Positions 9,781 through 18,873 of a stretch of DNA of 32,000 nt are shown here, one piece after another. The stretch covers positions 1 through 32,000 of the forward strand of contig NZ_QVMP01000007.1 in the NCBI RefSeq assembly GCF_010501095.1, in the 5' to 3' direction. Source of the DNA: Dysgonomonas sp. 520 (lineage in GTDB: Bacteria > Bacteroidota > Bacteroidia > Bacteroidales > Dysgonomonadaceae). Both the position numbers and the translations under genes were made by a program. Every line of letters begins with the position of its first letter. The stretch's first letter is position 1. The notes below the pieces were generated by a model, which worked only from the letters and a program-made list of their open reading frames with translations, searched no databases and was not told the origin of the DNA.

Positions 9781-11103
9781 ATGAAAATACAACAAAAGAT
9801 AAAAAACTTTATCAATGAAAACAGCCTGTTTCCGGATGGGTCTAAGATTATTGTAGGTGTCAGCGGTGGTGCCGATTCTGTGGCCTTGTTGGATATTTTG
9901 CACCATTCGGGTTATGAGTGTGTTGTAGCGCATTGTAATTTTCATTTGCGGGGAGAAGAATCGTACAGGGATGAGTATTTTGTTGAAAAACTGGCTTCAA
10001 AATATCATCTCACTTATGTTTCAACGCATTTCGATACAAAAAAATATGTGCAGGATAGTTCCGTTTCGGTTGAAATGGCTGCACGGGAACTGCGTTATGC
10101 CTGGTTCGAAAAAATAAGGAAAGAGTACGAAGCAGAATATATTGCCGTGGCTCATCACATGGATGATTCGGTGGAAACCGTATTGTTAAATCTGATCAGA
10201 GGTACTGGCATACGTGGACTGTCGGGCATTTCCATAAAAAACGGATATGTTGTGAGGCCTTTGTTGTGTATAACAAGGGAAGAGGTGTTGAATTATCTGG
10301 AAAAGAAAGGCTTAAAGTATGTAACAGATAGCACAAATACGGATGAAGTATACACAAGAAACAAGATAAGATTGTCCGTCATACCTCTGTTAGAGACAAT
10401 TAACCCTTCTGTGAAACAAACCTTAGCCCGTACGGCAGCAAATCTCCAACAAGCAGAAAATATTTATTCGTCGTACATCGAAAATGCGAAAAGTAAAGTA
10501 TTTGTAGACAATCGGATAGATATTCTTGAACTGATGAAATTTACTGAGCCAAAGAATGTACTTTTTGAAATTTTGTTTCCTTATGGCTTCAATCCGCCTA
10601 CTGTTGAAAATATATTCGACTCGATAAAATCTCAATCCGGAAAATTCTTTTACTCAGATATTTACAGACTAGTGAAAGACCGTAACTGTTTCATTCTGGA
10701 AGAAGTGATCGCATCGCCCGAAAAAGAAGAATATCTTATAGAAGAATCTGATACCGGCATAGAAAAACCTATCAACCTTGGCATTGAAAGGATTGAAAAC
10801 GATAAGAATTTTGAGATAGAAAAAGACAAGAATATTACATACCTCGATGCCGGAAAATTAAAATTCCCTTTATCAGTAAGACGCTGGAAACATGGCGATT
10901 GGTTTGTTCCTTTTGGCATGAAAGGCAAGAAAAAACTCAGCGATTATTTTACGGATAAAAAATACAGTATACCTGAAAAAGAAAACGTCTGGATATTATC
11001 GAGTGGAAACAAGATAATATGGATTATTGGCGACAGGGCGGATAATAGATTTAGAATAACAGACGAAACACATGAAATATTGAAAATTACCCTAAAAAAG
11101 TAA
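9781..11103 (+). CDS. tilS: tRNA(Ile)-lysidine synthase TilS
   Basis: PP-loop VGVSGGADS, the AHHMDD motif, and the C-terminal TilS domain (GMKGKKKLSDYF). Confidence 0.9.
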   Translation: MKIQQKIKNFINENSLFPDGSKIIVGVSGGADSVALLDILHHSGYECVVAHCNFHLRGEESYRDEYFVEKLASKYHLTYVSTHFDTKKYVQDSSVSVEMAARELRYAWFEKIRKEYEAEYIAVAHHMDDSVETVLLNLIRGTGIRGLSGISIKNGYVVRPLLCITREEVLNYLEKKGLKYVTDSTNTDEVYTRNKIRLSVIPLLETINPSVKQTLARTAANLQQAENIYSSYIENAKSKVFVDNRIDILELMKFTEPKNVLFEILFPYGFNPPTVENIFDSIKSQSGKFFYSDIYRLVKDRNCFILEEVIASPEKEEYLIEESDTGIEKPINLGIERIENDKNFEIEKDKNITYLDAGKLKFPLSVRRWKHGDWFVPFGMKGKKKLSDYFTDKKYSIPEKENVWILSSGNKIIWIIGDRADNRFRITDETHEILKITLKK

Positions 11104-11132
11104 CTTATACCATAAAAGATGATGGCAAAGTG

Positions 11133-11162
11133 TTTGCATATTTCATTTTTTTTATAACTTTG
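11133..11162 (+). promoter_or_regulatory. Bacteroidota-type promoter for rho (-33 TTTG, -7 TAACTTTG)
   Basis: TTTG at 11133-11136 and TAACTTTG at 11155-11162, 18 nt apart. Implies a leader of about 105 nt before the ATG at 11274. Confidence 0.45.
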
Positions 11163-11273
11163 TGACCTGAAATAGGAGATAAATCTACACTCCTTTCAAT
11201 TTCCAAATAAAATTTCAAAACAAATTTTTACTAAATAGTAAAACTATCATAATCATTTTATCTATAAATATAC

Positions 11274-13190
11274 ATGCGTATATACAATATTTTAGAGCTT
11301 AACGAAAAGCTCATAACAGATTTAAGAACCTTAGCTAAAGAATTGGGCATAAAACGCCCTGACGCATTCAAAAAAGAAGAATTAATCTACAAAATTTTGG
11401 ATGAACAGGCCATCATTGAAGCACGTAACAAAAATGCCGAGGATGAAAAAAGAGAAAAGGTAAAGAAAGAAACAGAAAAAACATCTTCATCTGCTTCCTC
11501 TCCAAAGAAAAAGCAAGGACAAAGCAAAAAGGAAAATCAAACAAAAGCGAAAGACGACAAACAGCCTACACAAGAAAAAACTCAAAAAGGAAAAGCTAAC
11601 CAGCCTCAGAAAACATCTTCTCCGGAACAAAAAACTCAACAAGATGCGGCAGTAGTAAAACCGGCGGAAAAACAAGTGCAGGATAATGAGAAAAAGCAAA
11701 ATACAAAAGCTGCAAATGTTGAACCACAAGCTGCTCAAGTGAAAAAAATTGAGGTGAAACCGAAACAACAAGATGCCACTGTAAACAAATCGGCGGAAAG
11801 ACCTGCTGAAAATCAAGAAAAGCAGGTTACAAAACCAACTCAATTGGTTTTCAGATCTCAAAAAAGCAGAGTTCAACCAGAAATTCAGGATGTGGAGCCA
11901 CTTCCGCTTCTGATTCCGGTACAGGCCGAAATAGAAGAAGTTAAGGAAGTGAAGCCTGTTGTTCAGAAACAAGCTAATAATCAGCAGCAAAACAATAACA
12001 ACAATAATAATCAAAAGCAGAATGGAAACGGTCAGAACGGCCATTCTCAAGAAAAAGAAAAACCATTTGAGTTTGACGGAATATTGTCGGCTACGGGTGT
12101 TTTGGAAATAATGTCGGAAGGCTATGGTTTCCTTCGTTCTGCCGACTACAATTACATGTCTTCGCCTGACGATATATACATATCTCAATCGCAGATACGT
12201 TTGTTCGGACTTAAGACAGGTGATATTGTGGAAGGACCTATTCGCCCGCCAAAAGAAGGTGAAAAATTCTTCCCCTTGGTGAAGGTTGATAAGATAAACG
12301 GTCGCTCTCCGGAGGAAGTAAGGGATCGTGTTCCGTTCGATCACTTGAAACCATTATTTCCTGATGAGAAATTCAGGCTTACAACAGGACGTAACGATAA
12401 TTTTTCGTGCCGTGTTGTAGATCTATTTTCACCAATAGGTAAGGGACAACGTGGGTTGATTGTTGCGCAACCTAAAACGGGGAAAACCTCTCTGTTGAAA
12501 GATATTGCAAACGCAATAGCCAGTAATCATCCCGAGGTTTACATGATTGTGCTTCTTATAGACGAACGTCCGGAAGAGGTTACAGACATGGAACGGAGTG
12601 TAAATGCTGAAGTTATAGCATCTACTTTTGACGAACCGGCAGATCGCCATGTGAAAATTGCAGAAATTGTGTTGAACAAGGCAAAAAGAATGGTTGAATG
12701 TGGACATGATGTTGTTATATTGCTCGACTCTATAACTCGTCTTGCGAGGGCATACAATACAGTACAACCGGCTTCGGGTAAAGTGTTGACCGGTGGTGTT
12801 GATGCTAACGCCTTACATAAACCAAAGCGATTCTTCGGTGCAGCTCGTAATATTGAAAACGGTGGTTCGCTGACAATAATTGCAACGGCACTAACAGAAA
12901 CAGGTTCTAAGATGGACGATGTAATCTTCGAAGAATTTAAAGGAACAGGTAATATGGAACTTCAATTAGACCGCAGATTGTCTAATAAACGAGTATTCCC
13001 TGCCGTTGATATTATAGCATCAAGTACACGTCGTGACGATCTTCTGTTAGATAAAGAAACACTTAGCCGCATGTGGGTGCTACGTAATTTCTTGTCAGAC
13101 ATGAATTCGGTGGAAGCGATGGAATTTTTGCAAAGCAGATTAAGAAAAACGTTCAATAACGAAGAATTCTTGATCTCAATGAATGATTGA
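11274..13190 (+). CDS. rho: Transcription termination factor Rho with a large low-complexity N-terminal insertion
   Basis: Rho N-terminal helix bundle ([19 protein letters not shown]), RNA-binding OB domain (GYGFLR), Walker A (QPKTGKTS), and the C-terminal RecA-like domain. About 220 aa of K/Q/E/N-rich insertion lies between the helix bundle and the OB fold. Confidence 0.95.
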   Translation: MRIYNILELNEKLITDLRTLAKELGIKRPDAFKKEELIYKILDEQAIIEARNKNAEDEKREKVKKETEKTSSSASSPKKKQGQSKKENQTKAKDDKQPTQEKTQKGKANQPQKTSSPEQKTQQDAAVVKPAEKQVQDNEKKQNTKAANVEPQAAQVKKIEVKPKQQDATVNKSAERPAENQEKQVTKPTQLVFRSQKSRVQPEIQDVEPLPLLIPVQAEIEEVKEVKPVVQKQANNQQQNNNNNNNQKQNGNGQNGHSQEKEKPFEFDGILSATGVLEIMSEGYGFLRSADYNYMSSPDDIYISQSQIRLFGLKTGDIVEGPIRPPKEGEKFFPLVKVDKINGRSPEEVRDRVPFDHLKPLFPDEKFRLTTGRNDNFSCRVVDLFSPIGKGQRGLIVAQPKTGKTSLLKDIANAIASNHPEVYMIVLLIDERPEEVTDMERSVNAEVIASTFDEPADRHVKIAEIVLNKAKRMVECGHDVVILLDSITRLARAYNTVQPASGKVLTGGVDANALHKPKRFFGAARNIENGGSLTIIATALTETGSKMDDVIFEEFKGTGNMELQLDRRLSNKRVFPAVDIIASSTRRDDLLLDKETLSRMWVLRNFLSDMNSVEAMEFLQSRLRKTFNNEEFLISMND

Positions 13191-13220
13191 TATAATATAG
13201 AAACACACTATAATAAGAAG

Positions 13221-13257
13221 AGCGATGGTTCCGAATTTCGGATATCATCGCTTTTTT
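13221..13257 (+). terminator. Rho-independent terminator after rho
   Basis: Stem agcgatg (13221-13227) / catcgct (13246-13252) with inner stem tccgaa/ttcgga, followed by TTTTTT. Confidence 0.7.
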
Positions 13258-13292
13258 AATCAACACATTACGGGAATGATAGGGCGGATTTT

Positions 13293-13997
13293 CTATTTTA
13301 TTTCCGATGGTTTATCGGAGATACTCATATCGTAGATGATAATTTTTTGATTCATTCCGATAGAGTCTGAACGGATATAGCCTTTTAGCCTTTCCAGTTT
13401 AGATGGGTTTGTATTGGAAAAAGAATATTCCTTATTTAAGTCAATAATTTTATCCTGATATATAGTTGTGTCCGCATATTCATAAATAAGAGCAGCCTCT
13501 AGTTTTGTGCTTTTGGGCAGACCTTCCAGATTGAAAGACCAGGTTATATTGTCTCCAATAAGTTTCGACAATAAATTATCCCGAATAGTAAAGGCATAAA
13601 ACGGAACATCTTGATCTAACATGATAAAATGAGGAACAAGTAAGTCTGCCTTTTTACCCTTATTAAGTTGGGCTTCCATCACAACAAGCTGCCTGTTCAA
13701 ACGGGATTGAACTGAGTCGTTAATACGAATGAGTTTATCCACATTATCAGAATACCAAACCAATGAAGAATCGAATTGAGCTTCCGTTATTTTATGCTTT
13801 TCAAAGATTCCTCTCAAAAGAGCTTCTTTAGCATCATCCGAAACAAAATCGTTATAACGTGACTGGTAAATACCTTGTGCCAATTGAATATCGTAAATGA
13901 CGTCTGTCATTTCTTCTTCGGTAAGAACATCGGAATTACATGCCGATAATCCACATATTGACGCAAATAAGATGATGTATGTCAATATCTTATTCAT
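13293..13997 (-). CDS. Lipoprotein of unknown function (DUF4296-like from memory of lspA neighbourhoods, unverified)
   Basis: Signal peptide with lipobox (LSAC). Starts 3 nt after the lspA stop. Confidence 0.6.
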   Translation of the reverse strand: MNKILTYIILFASICGLSACNSDVLTEEEMTDVIYDIQLAQGIYQSRYNDFVSDDAKEALLRGIFEKHKITEAQFDSSLVWYSDNVDKLIRINDSVQSRLNRQLVVMEAQLNKGKKADLLVPHFIMLDQDVPFYAFTIRDNLLSKLIGDNITWSFNLEGLPKSTKLEAALIYEYADTTIYQDKIIDLNKEYSFSNTNPSKLERLKGYIRSDSIGMNQKIIIYDMSISDKPSEIK

Positions 13998-14000
13998 ACA

Positions 14001-14636
14001 TCAAATCTTTTCTTCGTTTTTTTCTTCTTGCAAAGAATAGGATAATGTTTTCCTGTAAAATAACAACAAAACCACTATACCAACCGATATGGCAGCGTCT
14101 GCTATATTGAAAATTGCATTGAAGAATGTGAAATCTTGTCCACCCCAAAAAGGAATCCACGATGGGAAAGATCCTTTAAACAAAGGGAAATAAAACATGT
14201 CTACAACTCTTCCATGCAGCCATGTACCATATCCTTCTCCCACAGGAACAAATTCGGCGACCTGTATACGAGTACTTTCAGAGAAAATCTCGCCATAGAA
14301 AACACAATCCACAATGTTGCCAAAGGCTCCGGCCAAAATGAGAGCTATACACACAACATAACCGTAATTGTATTTCTGCTTAACTATTTTATGCAGATAG
14401 TAAACGATGAAACAAACGGCCACTATTCTGAAAAGCGTGAGGAAAAGCTTGTCAATGACTTCTATTCCGAAAGCCATCCCATTGTTTTCGGCAAATTGTA
14501 TTTGAAACCAATCGGTTATATGAATACTCTCGTATAGAGCCATATTGGTTTTGACCCATATTTTCAAAACCTGATCGGCTAGAATTGTGAATAATACAAC
14601 AAATATGGCTATTACTGACCGTGGAATTTTGTTCAT
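14001..14636 (-). CDS. lspA: Lipoprotein signal peptidase (signal peptidase II)
   Basis: Four transmembrane segments and family motifs (NxGxAFG as NNGMAFG, FNIADAAI). Conserved position downstream of ileS. Confidence 0.9.
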   Translation of the reverse strand: MNKIPRSVIAIFVVLFTILADQVLKIWVKTNMALYESIHITDWFQIQFAENNGMAFGIEVIDKLFLTLFRIVAVCFIVYYLHKIVKQKYNYGYVVCIALILAGAFGNIVDCVFYGEIFSESTRIQVAEFVPVGEGYGTWLHGRVVDMFYFPLFKGSFPSWIPFWGGQDFTFFNAIFNIADAAISVGIVVLLLFYRKTLSYSLQEEKNEEKI

Positions 14637-14841
14637 TCTGAGTTTTCTTAAGGTCGCAGACCTTTTTTATTATTATCGGTAAGTATAACTACAAAAAGCA
14701 GAGTTACACTTAAAAAATATATTTTCAAATATTAGCTATGACTCAGCTAAAAACATGGAGAAAAACAAGAACTTTCGGCTATGCATTTAATACACAGATA
14801 TAAACGAAAATTCTGGCTTTTCTCCACTATTTTTCACAAAC

Positions 14842-15222
14842 TTATTTTACACCGCTATTTTTGGCTTCGATGCTCAAGGTAGCGTGAGGCACTGCACGTA
14901 AACGTTCTTTTGGGATCAGTTTACCTGTTTCGCGACATATACCATAAGTTTTGTTCTCGATACGTATCAATGCTGCCTGAAGATTCTGTATAAACTTCAT
15001 CTGGCGTTGAGCCAAACGACCGGCTTCTTCTTTCGACAAGGTAGAAGCACCTTCTTCAAGAACTTTAAATGTTGGAGACGTATCTGTTACATCATTGCCG
15101 TCCGAATTTGTAATAGAGGCTTTCAAACCTTCATATTCGGCTTTGGCTTTTTCTATCTTATCGAGGATCAGTTGGCGGAATTCCTCCAACTCCTCATCCG
15201 AATATCTAGTCTTTTCTCCCAT
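14842..15222 (-). CDS. DksA/TraR-family protein with a degenerate (mostly Cys-less) zinc finger
   Basis: Coiled-coil N-terminal part and C-terminal ...YGICRETGKLIPKERLRAVPHATLSIEAK. This aligns to the DksA CxxC-x17-CxxC finger with only the first Cys kept. Confidence 0.8.
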   Translation of the reverse strand: MGEKTRYSDEELEEFRQLILDKIEKAKAEYEGLKASITNSDGNDVTDTSPTFKVLEEGASTLSKEEAGRLAQRQMKFIQNLQAALIRIENKTYGICRETGKLIPKERLRAVPHATLSIEAKNSGVK

Positions 15223-15276
15223 AAAACTATGTTTATTAGTTATACATTTAATTTTGTTAATCTATACTTCCTTTCT

Positions 15277-18200
15277 TTATTTTTTTGTTATGCTTATAGT
15301 TAGCGTACAGTCGTCCATTTCTATTTCTGTTCCTTGCTGTACATTTTCCGCAAATTCTATACTGTCGGCCAATATTTGAGATGCAATATAAGAATTAAAT
15401 TCTTTAACAGCCTCCTCTATCTGATTGTTTTTGGAAATAGTTACAAAAATTCTGTCTGTTATATCAAAACCATTCGATTTTCGCAAATTTTGTATTCTGT
15501 TAACAATTTCTCTGGCTATTCCTTCTTTTCTTAACTCTTCTGTAATGGTTATATCAAGAGCCACAGTCAAGCGTCCTTCGTTGGCTACAAGCCATCCCGG
15601 AATATCTTCTGAAATTATTTCCACATCAGCAAGTTCAATCTCAGCCTGTTGACCTTCTATATTCAATGAATATGTACCTTGTTTTTCGAACAGATTGATA
15701 GCATCCTGATCCATTTGCTGAATTGCGGCTGCCAATTGCTTCATTATTTTGCCATAACGCGGCCCCAATTTCTTGAAATCGGGCTTGATTTTTTTTACCA
15801 ATATGCCGGCAGCATTGTCAACGTAGTTCAACTCTTTAACATTTACCTCATTCAATATCAAATCGCGAACTGCTTCTATCGCATCTTTCTGGCTTTCGTC
15901 CAAAACAGGAACCATTATTTGTGTCAAAGGTTGGCGCACTTTGATGTTCACCTTACGACGAAGTGCCAACACCATTGAAGATATGCTTTGAGCAATCTCC
16001 ATTCTTTCTTCCAAAGCCTTATCTACATACGATTCGCTAAATTTAGGGAAGTCGGACAAGTGAACCGATATTGCCCCATCACGCCCCGTTACAGATATTA
16101 AATCAACAAATAGCTTATCCGCATAAAACGGTGCTATAGGCGCAATCAGTTTTGTTATGGTTTCCAAACATGTGTATAATGTTTGATATGCAGACAATTT
16201 GTCCTTTGTCATCTCTCCGCCCCAAAAACGTTTCCTGTTGAGACGTACATACCAATTGCTCAGATGGTCGTTCACAAATTCAGATATAGCACGCCCAGCT
16301 TTCGTTGGTTCGTATGCTTCATAATACTCGTCAACATTTTTTATCAAGGTATTTAGCAGCGAGATAATCCAACGGTCTATTTCAGGTCTTTCTTCAACCG
16401 CAATTTCGGCTTCCGAATAAGTAAATTTATCCACGTTTGCATACAATGCAAAGAATGAATATGTATTGTAAAGCGTGCCAAAGAACTTACGTCGAACTTC
16501 TTCCACGCCATCTATGTCAAATTTCAGGTTATCCCAAGGCGAAGCATTGGTTATCATGTACCAACGCAAGGGGTCGGAACCGTATTTTTCAATTGTTGCA
16601 AATGGGTCGATTGCATTTCCACGGCTCTTGGACATTTTATTTCCGTTCTTATCCAATACCAATCCGTTCGATATTACGTTTTTAAACGAAATGCTGTCAT
16701 TTACCATCGTAGATATTGCATGCAGTGTAAAGAACCATCCACGAGTTTGATCCACACCTTCGGCAATGAAATCGGCAGGATAAACCTCCAAAAATTCTTC
16801 CGCTTTAATATTGGGGTAGAAAACTTGTGCGAAAGGCATCGCTCCCGAATCGAACCAAACATCAATCAGGTCCAACTCGCGTTTCATTGGTCTGCCCGAT
16901 GGAGATACCAATACAATATTGTCTACATAAGGACGATGCAGGTCTATTTTATTGTAGTTTTCCAATTCAAGATTTCCTATTTCAAAATCTTTCCAAGGAT
17001 TATCCTGCATAAAGCCTGCCTTGATAGATTTATTTATCTCATCGTATAACTCTTTAACCGAACCTATGCAGATTTCCTCTTTACCATCTTCTGTTCTCCA
17101 GATTGGCAGAGGTGTACCCCAATAGCGGCTACGGCTCAAGTTCCAATCTTGCAGATTTTCGAGCCATTTGCCAAATCGTCCCGAACCGGTCGATTCAGGT
17201 TTCCAGTTTATTGTTTTGTTCAGTTCTATCAAACGATCCTTGCAAGCCGTTGTTCTTATAAACCAACTGTCCAGAGGATAATATAAAACGGGTTTGTCCG
17301 TTCTCCAGCAATGAGGATAGTTGTGAACATGTTTCTCTATGCGGAAAGCCAGATTTGCTTGTTTCAGCATGACACTGATGTCAATGTCTAAAGTCGAATC
17401 ATTTTCCGACAAGGAAGCATCATATTCATTCTTAACGTATCTTCCGGCATACTCTTTATACAAGTCAACATTAACGAACGATTTTACATATTCAGGGTCT
17501 AAGTCTTCTATTTTGAAGTATTTACCTGTCAGGTCTACCATCGGGCGTATATTGCCGTCTTTGTCAAGAAGCGTAAGTGCAGCCATGTCGTTCTGCTTAG
17601 CCACCTTGGCATCGTCTGCTCCAAAGGTAGGTGCTATATGAACAATACCTGTACCTTCTTCTGTTGTTACAAAATCTCCGGCAATCACCGAAAAAGCATT
17701 TCCATTAGGAGTTATCCAAGGTATCAGTTGTTCGTACTTCATCCCAACCAAGTCTGCTCCCGTCCATTCGCCAACTACTTTGTAGGGCACAAGTTTATCT
17801 CCCTCCTTGTAATCTTCGAGAGATAAATCGGCAGCTTTCGGATTAAATATCACATCTACCAATCCCTTTGCCAAAACTACTGTGATGGGTTTGTAGGTAT
17901 AAGGGTTGTATGTTTGAACAGCAGCATAACTGATATTTGCCCCAACAGCTAGAGCCGTATTCGATGGCAAGGTCCAAGGAGTAGTTGTCCAAGCCAGAAA
18001 ATAAGCATCCCCGAATTGAGACATTTCTTGCTTAGGTTTCAGCATCTTAAACTGAGCTATACAAGTGGTGTCTTTCACATCACGGTATGCTCCGGGTTGA
18101 TTCAGTTCGTGTGTGCTCAACCCTGTGCCCGCTGCGGGAGAGTATGGCTGAATTGTATATCCTTTATACAAGTATCCTTTTTTGTATAATTCTTTCAAAA

Positions 18201-18690
18201 GATACCAAAGAGATTCGATGTATCGGTTGTCGTAAGTAATGTACGGGTCTTTCATATCCACCCAATATCCCATTTTGCGGGTAAGGTCTTCCCACTCTTT
18301 GGTATATTTCATTACTTCTTTCCGGCATGCGTTGTTATATTCTTCTACGGAAATTTTTTTGCCTATATCTTCTTTAGTTATACCCAATGCTTTTTCTACG
18401 CTAAGCTCTACGGGTAATCCGTGTGTATCCCAACCTGCCTTACGATTGACAAGATAACCTTTCATCGTCTTATATCTGCAGAAAATGTCTTTTATGGCAC
18501 GAGCTATGACATGGTGAATACCCGGCATTCCATTAGCCGACGGTGGTCCTTCGTAGAAAACAAAAGAAGGAGCTCCCGATCTTATATCCAAACTTTTCTG
18601 AAACACATTGTTTTCTAGCCACTTGCTAAGTATTTCCTTATTTATATCAGATAAATTAAACTGGTTATATTCCGAAAATTTCTTGTTCAT
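15277..18690 (-). CDS. ileS: Isoleucine--tRNA ligase (long form, 1137 aa)
   Basis: HIGH-region variant (PSANGMPGIHH), KMSKS motif (NGNKMSKSRGN), CP1 editing-domain length, long C-terminal extension. Confidence 0.95.
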   Translation of the reverse strand: MNKKFSEYNQFNLSDINKEILSKWLENNVFQKSLDIRSGAPSFVFYEGPPSANGMPGIHHVIARAIKDIFCRYKTMKGYLVNRKAGWDTHGLPVELSVEKALGITKEDIGKKISVEEYNNACRKEVMKYTKEWEDLTRKMGYWVDMKDPYITYDNRYIESLWYLLKELYKKGYLYKGYTIQPYSPAAGTGLSTHELNQPGAYRDVKDTTCIAQFKMLKPKQEMSQFGDAYFLAWTTTPWTLPSNTALAVGANISYAAVQTYNPYTYKPITVVLAKGLVDVIFNPKAADLSLEDYKEGDKLVPYKVVGEWTGADLVGMKYEQLIPWITPNGNAFSVIAGDFVTTEEGTGIVHIAPTFGADDAKVAKQNDMAALTLLDKDGNIRPMVDLTGKYFKIEDLDPEYVKSFVNVDLYKEYAGRYVKNEYDASLSENDSTLDIDISVMLKQANLAFRIEKHVHNYPHCWRTDKPVLYYPLDSWFIRTTACKDRLIELNKTINWKPESTGSGRFGKWLENLQDWNLSRSRYWGTPLPIWRTEDGKEEICIGSVKELYDEINKSIKAGFMQDNPWKDFEIGNLELENYNKIDLHRPYVDNIVLVSPSGRPMKRELDLIDVWFDSGAMPFAQVFYPNIKAEEFLEVYPADFIAEGVDQTRGWFFTLHAISTMVNDSISFKNVISNGLVLDKNGNKMSKSRGNAIDPFATIEKYGSDPLRWYMITNASPWDNLKFDIDGVEEVRRKFFGTLYNTYSFFALYANVDKFTYSEAEIAVEERPEIDRWIISLLNTLIKNVDEYYEAYEPTKAGRAISEFVNDHLSNWYVRLNRKRFWGGEMTKDKLSAYQTLYTCLETITKLIAPIAPFYADKLFVDLISVTGRDGAISVHLSDFPKFSESYVDKALEERMEIAQSISSMVLALRRKVNIKVRQPLTQIMVPVLDESQKDAIEAVRDLILNEVNVKELNYVDNAAGILVKKIKPDFKKLGPRYGKIMKQLAAAIQQMDQDAINLFEKQGTYSLNIEGQQAEIELADVEIISEDIPGWLVANEGRLTVALDITITEELRKEGIAREIVNRIQNLRKSNGFDITDRIFVTISKNNQIEEAVKEFNSYIASQILADSIEFAENVQQGTEIEMDDCTLTISITKK

Positions 18691-18726
18691 CTCTTCGTAT
18701 TAATGCTATTTGAAAAAAAATTCCCG

Positions 18727-18734
18727 CAAATATA
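18727..18734 (-). promoter_or_regulatory. -7 box (TATATTTG on the minus strand) for ileS
   Basis: CAAATATA on the + strand, about 37 nt upstream of the ileS ATG at 18690. Confidence 0.45.
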
Positions 18735-18873
18735 ATGAAAAAAGATTAGAAACAGGACATATTTTGTGTGTCGCATATACGACAATGTGAGTATATTTTA
18801 TATCGGGTTCACTACATTTTCATTTTTTTATTACTTTTACTGACAAATTGACTTTTCTATAATGACATATTCA

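Noticed and set aside
11487-12344. 285-aa ORF antisense to rho
   Set aside because: It lies wholly opposite the low-complexity, purine-rich insertion of rho, where stop codons are depleted on the opposite strand. Its product is a repetitive F/L/R-rich string with no start context. It is an artefact of composition.
18691-18873. T-box or other tRNA-sensing leader upstream of ileS
   Set aside because: The leader implied by the -7 box at 18727-18734 is only about 30 nt, too short for a T-box. The small hairpin tgtcg-catata-cgaca at about 18768-18783 lies upstream of the promoter.
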